In this document: positions 39,460 through 53,470 of the stretch, piece by piece
Numbering within the stretch: position 1 is the stretch's first letter
Layout of the letters: every line of letters begins with the position of its first letter
Assembly (NCBI GenBank): GCA_004022145.1
Contig: RCNU01000007.1
DNA: 64,000 nucleotides
Source: Paecilomyces variotii
Taxonomy: Eukaryota
Direction: 5' to 3' (one strand)
Notes under the pieces: generated by a model
What the model was told of the DNA's origin: nothing
Databases searched by the model: none
The model's input: only the letters and a program-made list of their open reading frames with translations
Position numbers and translations under genes: made by a program

Positions 39460-40161
39460 ACGGTTTCCTTTATGCTTGACACTTGTCCGACCTGCGATCA
39501 GCGGTTTGGTGGAGCAACTGGTGTGGACCTTGTTTTCTTTGAGATTGATTGGCTTTTTAATGTCTTCCCTTCTGTTTAACATCTCCCGCTTGTCTTCTGT
39601 GATGTATCTCATGTGGCATAGTCGACGTGCAAGTGAACAGACAGACTGTTCGCGTTGATTCTCGGGTCGAGCCCGGTTTCACGGATCGACTACGGAGAAA
39701 ATGGAATCTGACAGGCGGGTTACTGAAGCTCAGCCAAGTGGATCTAACTCTCTGACTGTATTCTACATTCCTCCCATAGATGTCCATTTCAAGACCACAA
39801 AGCTCTTGTTGTGTTCTGATAGGGAAGCTTTCCACGTAGCCAAACGAATCATGGTGTCCAAACAGGTATCATGGGCGAACAGTAATCCAGCCTCCTCAAC
39901 TAGACTCCCAAGACTCCCCAGTCCGAATGTGTAAATAGAAAAAAAAAAAAAAAAAGGAAAACGCCTCTGTCCAGGATCTATGACCTGGATATGCCATGTA
40001 AATAAAAAACAGAACGATTACGTCTTGCAGCAGCGTCGGCAAAGACCAAGGAAGGTCCTTAGAGTGTCCTGTCCTCTCATCATGTCTATCTTCCCAGGGT
40101 ATCCCATCCGGCCGAATCCTTCCTAGCATGATAAGTCAGAAAAGACACCCAAGTACCATCA

Positions 40162-40926
40162 TCACGATTTGACACCCTTTCCAGCCTTTGCTTTCTTGTC
40201 TTTGACCGTCTTCTTGACGGGACTAGGCGTGCCGTTCTTCAGCGGCACTTTTCCAGCTTTGTCCGCCGTCCCATTCGTCTCTTTGCCGTCTCTCTCTTTC
40301 TTGATAGGTGGCGATTTCTTCGTCACACGAGGATTCCCATTTCCATTTTGAATGTCCTCCCCTTCTGACTCCGAGTCGTAGTCGTCATCGTCTATCTCTG
40401 CGCCTTCGATCATCACCACCTCGCGCAACGCTTCCTTAACGGCCCTGACGCCCTGGTGGACGACTCCACGCGGGATGCGCACGTCCACGTTCTCGAAGAA
40501 AGCAAGCGTGTCCGGATGTAGGTCCGCGTCTGGATCTCCATCAGCGTCGGCATCCGCAGCCTCTTCCTCACCGTTCGCTTTCTTTGTCCCGTTCCCGTTC
40601 TTGTTCCCATTCCCATTACTATGATGACCATTCTGAGCCGACGACGAGACGGCCGGGTGGGACTTGCCCTCCGCCAGCGCGACAATCGCCTCGACTACGT
40701 CGTCGAATCGCTCGCAGCGGCCTGCGCGGAGGAGTTCGAGGGAGAGGGCGCGGATGCGATCCGTCCAGCCGGCGCGCTGGAGAGAGGCGAGGAGCGTCGC
40801 GTGGAGTTCTTCGAGCGCGGACGTCGACGCCAGATGGGAGATGATGTCTGCTTCAATCGTGGGTGGCGGAGGAGGGCTGGTACCGCCGGCGGTAGAGGAA
40901 GATGAGACGTCCGCAGCGGAGGGCAT
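40162..40926 (-). CDS. Sus1/ENY2-like protein with acidic and Lys-rich extensions
   Basis: IISHLASTSALEELHATLLASLQRAGWTDRIRALSLELL...FDDVVEAI...VRIPRGVVHQGVRAVKEAL resembles the EnY2 helical domain. Confidence 0.65.
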   Translation of the reverse strand: MPSAADVSSSSTAGGTSPPPPPTIEADIISHLASTSALEELHATLLASLQRAGWTDRIRALSLELLRAGRCERFDDVVEAIVALAEGKSHPAVSSSAQNGHHSNGNGNKNGNGTKKANGEEEAADADADGDPDADLHPDTLAFFENVDVRIPRGVVHQGVRAVKEALREVVMIEGAEIDDDDYDSESEGEDIQNGNGNPRVTKKSPPIKKERDGKETNGTADKAGKVPLKNGTPSPVKKTVKDKKAKAGKGVKS

Positions 40927-41168
40927 GGTGTGACTTTGGTCTTTCCTTTCTTTCCTTTCCTTCTCTCCTTTTCCGTAACTGTCTGTTTTGTATGTAGTGT
41001 AGAGAGTTGGAAGTTGAAGTCGTAGTTGGGGGCGCCTTGATCAGAGATTCAAATTTCTCTAGATCAGAATCTGAACACAATGTTTCCGCAAAACTGTGTT
41101 TTTCTTTTTGCTTTCCTCCCCCTTCTCTTTTCAATGGTTCATTAGTTGTAATTTAAGAAGAGGATTAT

Positions 41169-41312
41169 GGTCGTTCGTTCGTTCGTTCGTATCGTCAAAA
41201 GTTCCTTTCTTGCAAAGAGAAGCTAATTACCTATCGATGATGCGATCCCCAAATCCGATCGGTCGATAAACGGCGCGCAGAGAGAGAGAGAGAGAGAGAG
41301 AGATAGATAGAG
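41169..41312. repeat. Microsatellites (TTCG)n and (AG)n
   Basis: tcgttcgttcgttcgttcg at ~41171-41189; agagag... at ~41279-41302. Confidence 0.85.
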
Positions 41313-44160
41313 GGATCGAAGAAAAAACAAGAAAAAAAGGAGGTTCCTGCCCTCCTTTCTGGAATTTTGCAGTGTTATGAAAGGAGGGATTTCGCTATCT
41401 GGGCAGTGAGTTTTTTGGGTGAAGGATAGGTAATTATTAAGTGCCGTGCGCAGGTAGATAGGTAAGGTTGGTAGTAGTAAGGTAAGTAGAGTCTGGAGGT
41501 TTTCCTCCGGTATTTGGTATTTATCCTAGGTACTGTATGTATAATTGAGCTAAATGGCGATCAATGCAGCAAATAAATTCTAACTGGCCTTTTGTGTGCT
41601 ATAGGAACAATAGGTGAATAAGCTCCCAATCAATAATAAAATCTGGTGAATGTGATGATCTACAATAAAGAAATTCTTTTTTTTTTCTCAAGGCTAGAGC
41701 TTGTATAACTGTTGTGTTCTTCAATTCCAACCAAGGTGTTCCGTTACGGTAACTAACTTAACTTAATTCATGGAGGCTGGATGCATCTCTTTTTTTTTTC
41801 GCTCGCTTACTCCGAGAAGGCGGCAAGAACTTGAATTTGAACCTGTTCCGAATATGGAGATGGGGTATTATATATTGGAATCGTTGATGTGATAGAGAAG
41901 ATATCCATCTACTTAATTGGATGTATTCTATTTTCTCCTGGCTAGTTATTTCTGGTTTTTGAGAAGGGTATAACTATACCCTACCATGATATATAGGAGA
42001 ACTTCCATAATTCGGTTATCTGTGATAGGAATACAATATCTTTATCCTAATACACGTTATAATGGGCAGTCAGTGCTTGAATGCACGTCATCTGATGGCG
42101 CCTAGATATGTCTAGCATGGACCGAAAGCTTGCCGAGGAGACCCTGGGCCGCGGAAGATTGGGGGGCCGGCGATGCTCTGGCAGTATCTTTACTTGGAAA
42201 TGCCGTCTCTACCTATCTATGGCATGCTATCTGATGCAGCGGATTCTTATGAGTTGACCAATTACTATCATCCAGACCGACCTCTGCAAGCAATGTTTAC
42301 CCAGTCAACGCGGCTGGGGTGAAACCCGAAGCTGCTAAGAACGGCAGAAACAGCCACGTCCATTTAGACTTAACTGCGAACTGTTCCGGAAGAACGAAAA
42401 TATATCATGAACAGGGTTCTGAACCCTGAAAAGACAGACTGAAACAGTGGCATAACACTCGCCCCCACGGCACGGGAACTGACTTGGACTGCGATTGGTG
42501 GTCGAATCTGTATATAGCAACCAGGTTTCTATTCTCGGAGGTCCTTCGAACAGGAGTTCTTCCACGTGTACGAAGTATCACTCTCTATCGGCATCCATTA
42601 TTGAGCTAGAACGGTTGTTTCCTCATGACCGTGCATCTCAGGGCCCTTTAGCTCCCCAGACGCTCCGGGCGATGACCGATCAACCCTGGTCCGGGGTTTC
42701 GGGTGACTGCCGGTAAATCTGGATCTGAAGCTCTGTTCTCCCAGATAGGAACATGAGAACGGGAACAGCGCAAGTCTAACGTTGCAAAGCAAAAAATATA
42801 TTCTCGAAACTAAGTAGCATGCAGTGCCCCTGACAGCGCCATTGCCATGCCAATGCCATCATCCTAGCCATGACATTCCGCGTCAGCCTTGAAAATCTCT
42901 AAGCGAGGAAATATTGGCAATATTCACATCCACAGGATCATATTGCATTATTGACTTTGCAGATTTCAATAATGAACTCACGGATACCGGACCGACGTGT
43001 GATCGCGTAGCTAAACCCCTGGTCCAATCGACGGCCCACTAGTTAGTGTTCCTAGTTCAACGGCGCGGTGGAAAAGAAGGAGATGTTGCCCGCTGGAGAC
43101 AAGACTGCCCCGTCGCCCACCAGTAGGGCAGGAAATAGACTTGGCTGCTAGAGATTCTTTCTCCGGCACTATTGGAAGTATGACAGCACCACACCACTAG
43201 CTTCATCGGTCGTTGTCCCTCAAGAGTCTACCATGGAGAAGATCATGGATGGCCATCCGTCGAACTACTCAAGGGTTGACCGTAACTATTTTTGTTTCTA
43301 TCACTTGCCTTGTTGGTTGTTTAGTTCGTTCTTCCACTACGAACTCGATCTCGAGGGGCAGAGCGGGTGTTATGATCGAAGGAATTAGATATGGAGCACC
43401 TGGAAGACTATCGTGATTCCGTAGACACCTAAGTATTGCTGTTGAAATTAATGTCCGGGTCATGCCCACGTTCTCTGAGCTGTAAGGGGTTAATCATGAT
43501 TAGTCTACACAGACGCCCCGATCGCGTCCACCAGGGCATTAATAATATACAAGGGAGCTTCTAGTTATCTATCTAGAGCAGCTTCCTACTTCCTGATCAA
43601 TTGCTGCCATAGATCCCTTTTCTACCTCCAAAAGCACGTCCAGTATAAATGATCAGGTACGCGTGGCCGATGAGACTATCGCTCTATCCCTGGCATCCGG
43701 TCTTGTGCAGAGTCTGCGTAAGACTTCATGGCTTATCGACACAAAGCCAGCCAGCCAGCCGCCCGCTAAAGTAGCTCCTTGCGAGAGATCCGGGAAATCA
43801 TCTTTCGTAGCCGAAGCGGAGCGGACCCAAGGTGAGGAGGCCACTGCCACCATGAACGTAGGCTATTATTATTAGAATCAGAATAGTTTACCCTTCTCCA
43901 GCCGCCATGTTCCGTGAAAGGGGCGCATAGATATCTAACTAGAAGATGGACAGTTGTCATCATATAAACAGTGAGAGAGATTGGAGAAGCTAGGACATAC
44001 TAGTAATGCTGTTTTCGGTTCTTCTGAATCCAAATGGAGTAGATTATTATTAAGTATTATTATGATGGCAGAGCTTAGCTTCCCCTATAGCACTAGAGAG
44101 TACGGAGTAGAGTATCTATGGAGTAGTATAGCCGTATTGCAGCGTTAAACTAACAATTAA

Positions 44161-44197
44161 TTTATTATTATTATTATTATTGTTATTATTATTATTA
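44161..44197. repeat. (TTA)n microsatellite
   Basis: Imperfect trinucleotide run upstream of ste50. Confidence 0.85.
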
Positions 44198-45007
44198 ACT
44201 CCTGCCCATCGCGCCTTCTCCTTCCGCAAAGTCCAGACCCCTGGAGGGGCGCGCCTTCCCCGGATGGGCTAAGGGCCCCTCGCACCGCAAACAGCTTAGC
44301 GCCGCGGCAGACGGGGGGCTGGTCACGTGCTGTGCCCGCACCAGGTGCGACTGCGGTTCGACTCCATCTCCCCAGCTCTCCTGCTTCAGATCTCGGGCAG
44401 CGCTTTCTCTTGCAACTTCTCTTCTCTTCTCTTCTCTTCCCTCTCTCCTCATCTCCTTCTTCCTCTCTCCCATCTGTCGGGCTGCTTCGCTGATCCCTCC
44501 TGTCGTTGCATTCCGTCTTCCCCACTCTCCTGGTTCATCCGTCCCCGACCTTATATGCCACGGAAAGATAACGGCCGCCGACACCTCTCGTTCACATAGC
44601 TTCCACAAGAATATTCTCCCTGCTTTCACGGCTCTTGAATCGCATCCAGTACTTACGACTGCTGAAGAGCATTACTGGATCAACACTTGGTTCTACAACC
44701 GTCTTGATCTGACGCATATTAGTCACGTTGCCGGCTCCGGAATAGACGAGGGAAGAGAAGGGCCGGCTGATGTTCACACTCGGATCGTGGACTTGCATTT
44801 GACATTCGTGGATCGGATCTACGATCATTTCGTGGCTTCTGAAGCTTCCTGGGCCCGGTTGGTGACGCCGTGTTGTGTTCCAAAGGAGTCTGCTGGCAAC
44901 TCGAGGAGACGAATCGGAGTTGGTCTACAAGAACGATTGTTGAAGACCAATCATCGCTCGTCAATTAACTTGGAGGAAGAGGTCAATTCCAGATCAACCC
45001 ATTCGAA

Positions 45008-46606
45008 ATGTCTTTCCAAGGGACCGCATACCATGCGGACTCGGACGCAGACGACGAATATGAGCGGAGTGTCATGACATCGCCCCATCTGCCAACCGAT
45101 TCTGAAACCTCTCCCACCGATTCAGAGCCTCCGTCAGCGGAGCAGACCCCGACAACATACGGAGCTCCAGAGAAGGATCATCACTTGCCCAAGACAATCA
45201 TCACAGAATGGACCGCAGAGGAGTCTGCAGATTTTGTGGCTGGACTCGGTCTCCGCCAGTACTGTGATACGTTCATAGGTCAGTGAAAATGAAGGTGAAA
45301 GATAAGGGCGTGTTTGTCTGACGCTAATTCAACACTACAGAAAACGAAATCGTTGGAGAGGCTCTCGTTGCCTTGAAACACGACGAGTTGAAGGAGATGG
45401 GGATCAACAGTGTTGGTCATCGTTTGACCATCCTGAAAAGTGTGTACGAGATGAAGATCAAACAGGACATCCCATTAGATCCGGATCATTACATCCCTCT
45501 CTGTTAGTTTCCCATCTCCAATTTCTTCTGTCGACATGATGCTGACTAGCTCTATAGCGGCGGATCAGAGCTTGAACGAGAATGCAACACAGGAGGACAT
45601 CGCTCGTATCATCCAGTCGATACAGCTTCGTGATGAGAGGATTGTTGCAGCTGAAGCAGAACTCCGCAGGCTGACAGAAGACTACCGACGTCTACGCGAA
45701 GAATTGCTTCCTGTCTTCAAAATGGCCAAGGATCGGTCGCAACCGTTACCCTACCAGCCGAGTCCCGAATTGTACGACCACGAGAACCAACCTATTACAA
45801 CTCCCACCATTACACATCCACCAGAGCAGCAGAAGTCATCGTCCGGGATCTCACGGAGCTTCTCCAAGAGAATTTTCACCGGTGGCTCTGGCTCCAAGAA
45901 TAACTCGCCCACGCATATCCCGCCGTCTGTCAATGATGGCTCAGTGCTCAACCCGTCTGCTGCAGCTGTTGCTGCTTCTACTCACCTCAGTGCAGGCATG
46001 AATGGACAGCCCTCTCCGAAATCCGTCAACATGCCTTCTCCAACGTCTCCGTCGCATTATCCTCAGACCCTCGCGTCGCGGTCCTATGCCCCTGAAGGCG
46101 TCTCGAATTCCAACCGTACTCATGACCACTCCGAAGATACATCTGCCGGCCAGTCTCGACCAGATAGAAATACTTCCACTCCTGGTTCACAGTCGCGACA
46201 GGGACAATCAACGTCCAGCTCTCGGGCAGAGTCAAGAGGCGGGGATGGTGCGCCACCAAGTGTGGAAATATTCAAGTCTTTCCGTGTGTCTATGGATGAT
46301 CCATGTCACAAGGTCCTTCCAGCTGCTCTAAAGAAATACAACATCAATGCGGACTGGCGACAATACGCACTCTACATCGTGTATGGGGACCAGGAACGGT
46401 GTCTGGGTCTCGACGAGAAACCGTTGATTCTGTTTAAGCAGCTTGATAAGGAAGGACGCAAACCAATGTTCATGTTGCGGAAACATACGCAGCCGGCAGA
46501 AGGGCATACATCAAGCATATACTCGGCTACCGGTTCAGCACCGAACAGCGCAGGCTATGACAGCAGTGGGCGACCTCAGATCCAACTGCCTGGTGGCGTG
46601 CTGTAG
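45008..46606 (+). CDS. ste50: MAPK adaptor Ste50 (SAM + Ras-association domains)
   Basis: 3 exons. SAM: EWTAEESADFVAGLGLRQYCDTF..NEIVGEALVALKHDELKEMGINSVGHRLTILK. RA: EIFKSFRVSMDDPCHKVLPAALKKYNINADWRQYALYIVYGDQERCLGLDEKPL. Confidence 0.93.
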
Positions 46607-47597
46607 CAAATTCTCACCCACCTTCACCACGCGTAATATTCTGAGAGTATTTGCTTCCCTCGAGAACTCTTCGCTGGTCGCGGTTATCCTTTTCTATTTT
46701 ATCTACATCAGAGGCGACAATGGCAAGTTCCTCAATTTCCCAGGACTTTTTGAGCAGCTGAACTGGTTGCTGCATCAGGCGGCGGGAGTCTGGACTGTTT
46801 AATGATCTTTACCGGGCCACGACGGGATATTTATATTGATGCATATTCATCCTTTTCACTCTTACTTTTTTTTTTCTACCCTTCTATCTCTGGTTCTGAT
46901 CACTCCAGCTTATTCAGCGCTTCGCATTTTATTTCATCTTTGTTTCAACTAGGTATTCCCCTTTGCGCCTTCAACATCTTGTTTTTATTTCTACAATGGG
47001 CAGATGAAATCTGGGAATAAGGAGCACGCTATGGACATGTCTACTTTTTTTTAACATTTCTTTTTCCTATTCTATTTCCATTTGACAATGTTCCTCCCTA
47101 TGTGTGAACTCGGATGGGATTGATTGTGTTCTTGATATGGTTGTCTAAAAGCTTAGACGAGCAATTGGCGGGCGAAATGAAGATGGAAGACAAAATATGA
47201 ATGAAAATTATATACAAAAGAACACCCGTCCGTACTTTTACCTTCATTTAGAAGCCGCGATGATCACCTTGGAGTTGATCATATCGAAATGGCCACGGCA
47301 AACTTGTATGTATGTACATACCTCGAGTATTATCTACTTCTTGCTCTATATCTTAAAAGTAAACATGATCATTACATCATGAAGTTTTATTGACTAGGTA
47401 GCAAATGGCTATAGGTCATAACGTCTCCCGGTGGAAATGGAACTAGCAAAATCATGTCTTTATGTATGTACATACATTTGCAGAAGATAAATTCCACGTC
47501 CACTCCCCACCGTTGTTTTCCAGCTAAGAGCTAGAATAACAAGTGATCTTTTGTGATACTTTTTCTTTCTTCCCCCATTCCCCACCAGAGCTTTCTT

Positions 47598-50500
47598 TTA
47601 GGCCTCAGCATCCAGGTTTCGGAGCTGTTGAGCGAACGTCTTCCGGATCCATTCCATGTATGACTTCCACTTGTGATGTTCAGGAGACGACTCCGCTATC
47701 GGGAAGGCTTTGTCGAGATCTCGACTGATCTTGAGGACGCCGAGAGAAGCTTCCTGTGCCTTTTCGAGCTCCTGCTTCACTGCGTTCTCCTTGGGCTTGA
47801 AAGAGAGGACGGCTCGGTAGCGATCTGAGAGGGCGTCGAGTTGGCGCTGGGTTTCTTCCGGAGCCAGGTGGATCAGTTTCGCGGTCATGAGGTTGCAGAT
47901 TGTGCGGATGTCTTGTTCGTCGTCGATACCGGCCAGGATGCGGTCGAAGAATTCGGAGACATTGATGCGGGAGAAAGCGGTATCCAGACAGGCGTAAAGA
48001 GTTTCGTAGGCGCTCTATGCTATGGTTAGACACTTCTGTGGCTTTGGATTTCGTACGATATGAGTTTCTGATACTAACCTTTCGCAGCTCAAGACCGTCA
48101 TCAACCTTGTGTTTGAACGGGCCCATTTGTACCTCGCGCATCAGCTCAGGTTTGATATGGGTGTCGCCAATGACGGCTGGTAACAACTCGTTGAGATGGG
48201 GAAGAATGATGTTCATCTTGTTATGTATGGCAGAGTTCAACGTCGTCAAGGCAAGACGGTGGTTTCCCAGGTCGCGATCGCTGAGCATGGTCACGAGCAG
48301 AGGGACGATCAACGGTCGAAGGACATCGTTGTATGCTCTGCTCGAGTCAGAAAGCGTGTAACGGAATGCTGATATCACGGTGCCGCGAATAGTTGGGTTA
48401 GAGTTGGTTAGATGGTCCTGGAGAAGAAGCGTTAGCAACAAGGCACCAACTCGGGGAAGGAAGTTGTAGTACCTGGAGGTGTGGAATATAAGCAACGGGA
48501 TCAATCAGGGCTAGACGCCCAATACACTCCGCGCCTACAGCTCGGTTGTCTTCGTCTTCGGACACAATAAGGAGAATCTCCCAGAGCTTGACAGCAAATG
48601 GTGCAAGATCTTGCCGCACGGCCTCGGGGTGCTGAAGAAGCTCCTTGACCGAGTGAAGGAGCAGATAGTTCGAAGAGCTGGACTTATCCAACCCTTCAAG
48701 TATAACAGGCATGTATATTTTGACATTGCTGGCTGCGGCATTTCCGAGTGCCGCGGCAGCAGCCAAACGAACCTTATCTGATTTGGATGAGAAGTTGGAG
48801 ATGAAGAGATCAGGCTTGAGCGGGGAATCAGTCCCCATCCGAAGACCAACCTCGCCCAATATGGCCAGAGCGAGACACTTGCGGCGGTCGTCCTGGGCAG
48901 TACGCAATTCCGTCAGGAAGTCTTCCATCTTTACATCCAACTTGGGACCACCGAACACCAGCAGGGTTCCAATAGCCCTGCCAACGACAGACGGGTCTCC
49001 ATTGATGCCAACATCCCGCAAGAACCGTTTCATCAGGTCGGCACCAGCTCCCTGTTCTCCAATGACCCTCACCAAGAACAGCAGTGCCTTCAGAACAGTG
49101 CCGACCAGGGGCGCTACCACAACAGAACAGAGAGCAGAGATAAGACGGTCGTTAACAAGGAGGTCGCCATTCTTGGGAAGAATTCTAGAAAGGATGATGA
49201 GGGCAGGAGTGAGAAGATGGAAGTCGTCCGGAGTGAGGAGCGGAAGAAGGAAGTTCTCCAGATCCTGTAGTGTCTTCTGGTCATAATGGACCCTGGTGTG
49301 AGGGTTCATAGCCAGACTCCGAAGAGCCTCCAAACAGGAGCCTCGAAGACTACGGTCCGACTTCCGCAGTTGGGCAGCCAACTCCATAGTTGCTTCACAG
49401 ACCCAGGCAGATGTGACATCTTGATCACTGCTAGCAAGGACAGCCACGTCGTCAATTGCACGGGCTGCTGCAAGTCGGGTCGTCTCGTTCTTCAGACGAT
49501 CCAAGAGAACGGCGAGGCCCTTCGTGCGTTGAACAGGCGAGACAAATTTGGCCCCCTGGTCTCCGGATGTGCGAGCAAGCAGAACGCCAAATACGTGGAT
49601 AGCTCTCTGGCGGACCTCCAGGTCTGCTGTCGTATCAGTAATCCGACCTAGGATCACATCGTAGAGCTTCTCCAGCTGCGGTGCAAGGTCTTGTTCCTCG
49701 GGCGATACGCGGGGCGGCGTGAGTGCCTTGACAATCTGCTCAATTGCACCCAGGGCTTCGCTGCTTACCTTATAGTTCTTATCGTTCACGCATCCCACAA
49801 CGCCGGGGATTAAAGCAATCAGGAACGGCAGCAGTGCCTCTGAAATATGAGTCTCCGCAATTGCCGCAATCAGACTCAGCGTCTCTATTTGCAGGCTGCC
49901 GGCGCTGATCGCGGCTCCAGAAGAGACAACAGCACCGCTCGAAAGAGCCGATGCTTTCAAGGCGTCTGCGATGGGATCCTCGATCCGCTGCAAGAAATCG
50001 GCCAGACCGCCGTAGCGTACGAGGGCGAGGTTTTTCAGCAGAACGATTGCGGCCTGCTTCAGAGGCGCCGAAGCCTTTCTCCACATCTTGACCAGGCTTT
50101 GAACGATAGAGGGAACGAGGCGCGCCAGATCAGCCTGTGGACCGGATTTTGGCGTCGCCGGCAACATCACCGGCGAGCTGACGGCGGAAGAAGTTCCCAT
50201 GCTTGGTTCAAAATCGATCATGCTGGCATCGCTATCCTGCCGCCTTCTCTTCCTCGTGTTCTTTGAGCCACCCACTGAGTCGAGGAAACCATTGGAAGAT
50301 ATGATCATGGCACCTTCACCGGTCTTCCGAACGAGCGCAGTGACGGTTGACACGACTTCCAGCTTAACACTCTCTTCTCTTTCCTTTCCAAATCTCGAGA
50401 TTAATGCCGGAGCCACCTGTTGGTACAGCGTTGCGTCTTCCAGGACACGATTGCCACCGTACGAAGCCACAACCGTATACAGCACTTTCGCGGCACATCG

Positions 50501-51785
50501 TCGAACCTTCCAGCTCATATCATCAATATCACTGTAACCGCCCTCCTCTTCGAAGTCATCGAACTCGTCGTCACCGTCGTCGGGTTCTTCCGTGGCTCCA
50601 TCCTCACTCCCTTCGTTCGTGCCCCCCATTTCCTCATCATCTTCAAACTCCGCCACATTCGGATCATATTTGAGATACCTAAGCGCAGCGTTGATTGAAT
50701 CCGCGAGGTATGGCTGCATCTCTTGGCTACAGGCATCCAGCAAGGCCTCCAGTGTCACCAAGGCTGTCTCCCGAAGTTCGTCTGCTTGAGGATCGTGCTC
50801 CCCGCTGTCTGAATCGTCGTCATTCATTTCTTCCAGTTCTTGCTCACTGAGTGCGGACAAAACAAACGGCGCCAGAGTTATAAGATAAGGGCCGAACTTG
50901 GCTGGTGCAGCCCTCGCCATGGCGCCTATAGTGGCAATGAGATGGCGACGGTGAACGGTGGTCAGATGCGATGAGCGGAAGCTTTCGATGAGTTCCGATA
51001 TCAGGGCACTCAGTTGCGCATCTGACAGGTGAAGTAGGAGCGCTGAGATAGCCGTCAATGCACGTTTTGTAACGACGGTACCAGCCGAATCGTTCTCGAT
51101 GATTGACATGATCGACTTCTGCAGGGCAACGAGCTCCGTATCTTTCAGCAACGGTCCGAAGCAGGTGATAACCTCTATGACAACATCAATCGCATCACTG
51201 CTAAAACCCTTGGATGGGTCCTTTTCCAGCATTCCCTTGGTGACCGAACCCCTTCTCGATGTCGATGGCGTAGGGCCAGTTAGTCGTGGGATAAGCACCC
51301 GTGAGATGGCTGAGAAGGCCGAAATGGCCTCCTGACTAGGAGGCACACCTGGTTGTGGCCGTGGGAGGGCAGAGATGATAACTCGCAACGCTGTGTTCGG
51401 GACCGAAGTATCGATCGACTGAGATGCAGTCAAGGAACTCAGTTTGTCGACGAGAGGACTCAGACTCTCAGACGGTAGGCGGCTGACGAGGGGACCGAGG
51501 CTGTTTGACAGGAATCGTTAGATATGTGGTTTCCGTTGACAGCATTTCGTCTTACCATTTCAAAGCCTGATTCTGGACTTCTCCATGTTGATCATCCAGC
51601 GCTTTCAGAAGGCCGTCCACCAGTCTGCCTGCAGAGCTCTGGTCCTGTGCAAGATATGCGGAGCTAGGACTGTTCAGTATCCCCAGCAGGTCATCCAAGG
51701 ACATGTATCTGATATCTGGATCAGGGTCATCGAGCTTTCCCAGCAGACCGTTGAGGTTCTGCTGGGTGGCTTGTCGGTCAACCAT
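47598..51785 (-). CDS. cand1: Cullin-associated NEDD8-dissociated protein 1 (Cand1/TIP120), full-length single gene
   Basis: Exons 51785-51556, 51500-48473, 48417-48079, 48014-47598. Motifs DPDPDIRYMSLDDL, GEVQNQALKCLGPL, YDPNV...[46 protein letters not shown]. Confidence 0.95.
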
Positions 51786-52569
51786 GGCTGCCTGTATGCT
51801 GGTGGAACGGATGCAAGATCGACTCAGAAGCAGGGGGAATAGCTCTCCCGGACTTTTAAAATGCCTGAATACAAAAATAGAAAGAACAGAGTCCAGCAGT
51901 AGTCTTGAAATCAGCCGCGTGAAATGGTCGTGAGTCGTCAACGTGGGGCAGCTTGTTCGAATGAGGGGAAGGTTAAACTGTTCCGAGACACAGTGCAGCC
52001 AGGCGGGAGGAACGTAGATGAAGGGCAGATATCTTCAGAATTGAGGATGAAGGGAAGTCCTCCTTTGTCAAAAGAACAGGATACTGAGGGGCATGCAGGA
52101 TAAAGAAAGTGCAGTTCACCGGTGGTCAATAAATCGATAACGAAGTAATTCGATGGTAATTCCACGGTACAGAAGTCATAGAACGGGAACTCTAAGCTGC
52201 TGTGATTACAGGCTTGATACAGGTAATGTTACGAGGGAACTGTATCGCTGGTGGCAGCCTGAAGCACACCGCCTTGCAGCCTGACAGATGAGGCGACAAA
52301 CAGGTACCTGGGTTCCCCGCCAAAATGGGTGAGGACGCAAGTATATTATTGATGACTGCCGGTGACATCACTTCGGGCCAACCACAACCAACTTGGACGG
52401 GCCCGTCTTTTCCCGCTGCGGAAGCTCTTGGAGTGCCAGGATGAGAAACCACCTGATCTTCGTTTCTCTTCTTTTCCTTCTCTCCCCCCTTCTACGATCC
52501 TAATCTCTAATCCAATTCCTCGTAATCAGTCCTCCGCGACACTCTCCAGCTTCACATTCATCACACACA

Positions 52570-53470
52570 ATGGTTCTCCCACGCACTGCTGCCTTCCGCA
52601 CCCTCTTCGCCTCCCGATCCGCCCGGGCTGGAGCCCGCGCTAGCTCCCGGGTGAGCTCACGATGCCAGCAGCTGGGACGACGATCCTACGCCTCCCAGGG
52701 TGGCCACGGCGGCGAACAGAAGAGCAGTGACCTCCCATGGTGTGTCTCCTGTTGATATTCCCTTGATTCAGCTCAATTGAGCTTGTAGATCCTGCGATAA
52801 TGGTGCAACAGCGTGCTAACAGTCTTCTGTAGGGCTGTGGGTGCCGTTGCCATCACAGTCCCTTCCGCCTACCTCCTGCTCAGCTCTGGTCCTGAGCTTC
52901 CTCACGGTCATGAGAAGGAGCAGGTTCCCAAGAGTATAGCAGAGCCCGAGGAGCCGAGGGAGGAGGCCAAGGAGGAGGCCGAGCCCGAAGCCCCCAAGGA
53001 AGAAGCCAAGGAGGAAGCCCCCGAGGGAGCCAAGGAGGAGGAGAAAGAGAAGCCCGCTGAGGACGAGAAGCCTTCTCAATACGACCAGGTAAGTTGATCA
53101 GCGTTTGTCGCCATATTCTGCTTCGTTCGCGTTGCTGGGAGCTGGCTTGATAAGAGATCAGTCGAGAGACAAACCTCTACAAGCATGGCCCGGCTGATGT
53201 TACGCACCAATGTCTTTTTCTTTAAAAAAAAGAGAGAAAAAGAAGTATGGAATTGCGTTCATAGCTGACTCTTCGCAGCCCGGGGCCGTTAAGATGATTG
53301 ATGGCGCGGGCAAGACTCCTGGCTCCATTTCTGGAAAGCAGGAAGGCCTCGACAACGCAAACACCTCCAACCCTTTTACGACCGCTCCTGGCAAGAGTGA
53401 GAAGGTAGAGGGCGATGTCGAGACTGCCAAGCTCAAGGGCTCCGTCGACCCCCAGCGCCCTGAGAAATAA
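52570..53470 (+). CDS. Small uncharacterised protein with mitochondrial presequence, single TM and acidic linker
   Basis: Exons 52570-52739, 52833-53088, 53279-53470. Arg/Ser/Ala-rich N-terminus ending RRSYAS, then DLPWAVGAVAITVPSAYLLL, E/K-rich region and SGKQEGLDNANT...ETAKLKGSVDPQRP. Confidence 0.75.

Noticed and set aside
44310-44376. GGTTCGACTCC resembling a tRNA T-loop
   Set aside because: T-stem does not pair and no D-arm or cloverleaf can be built.
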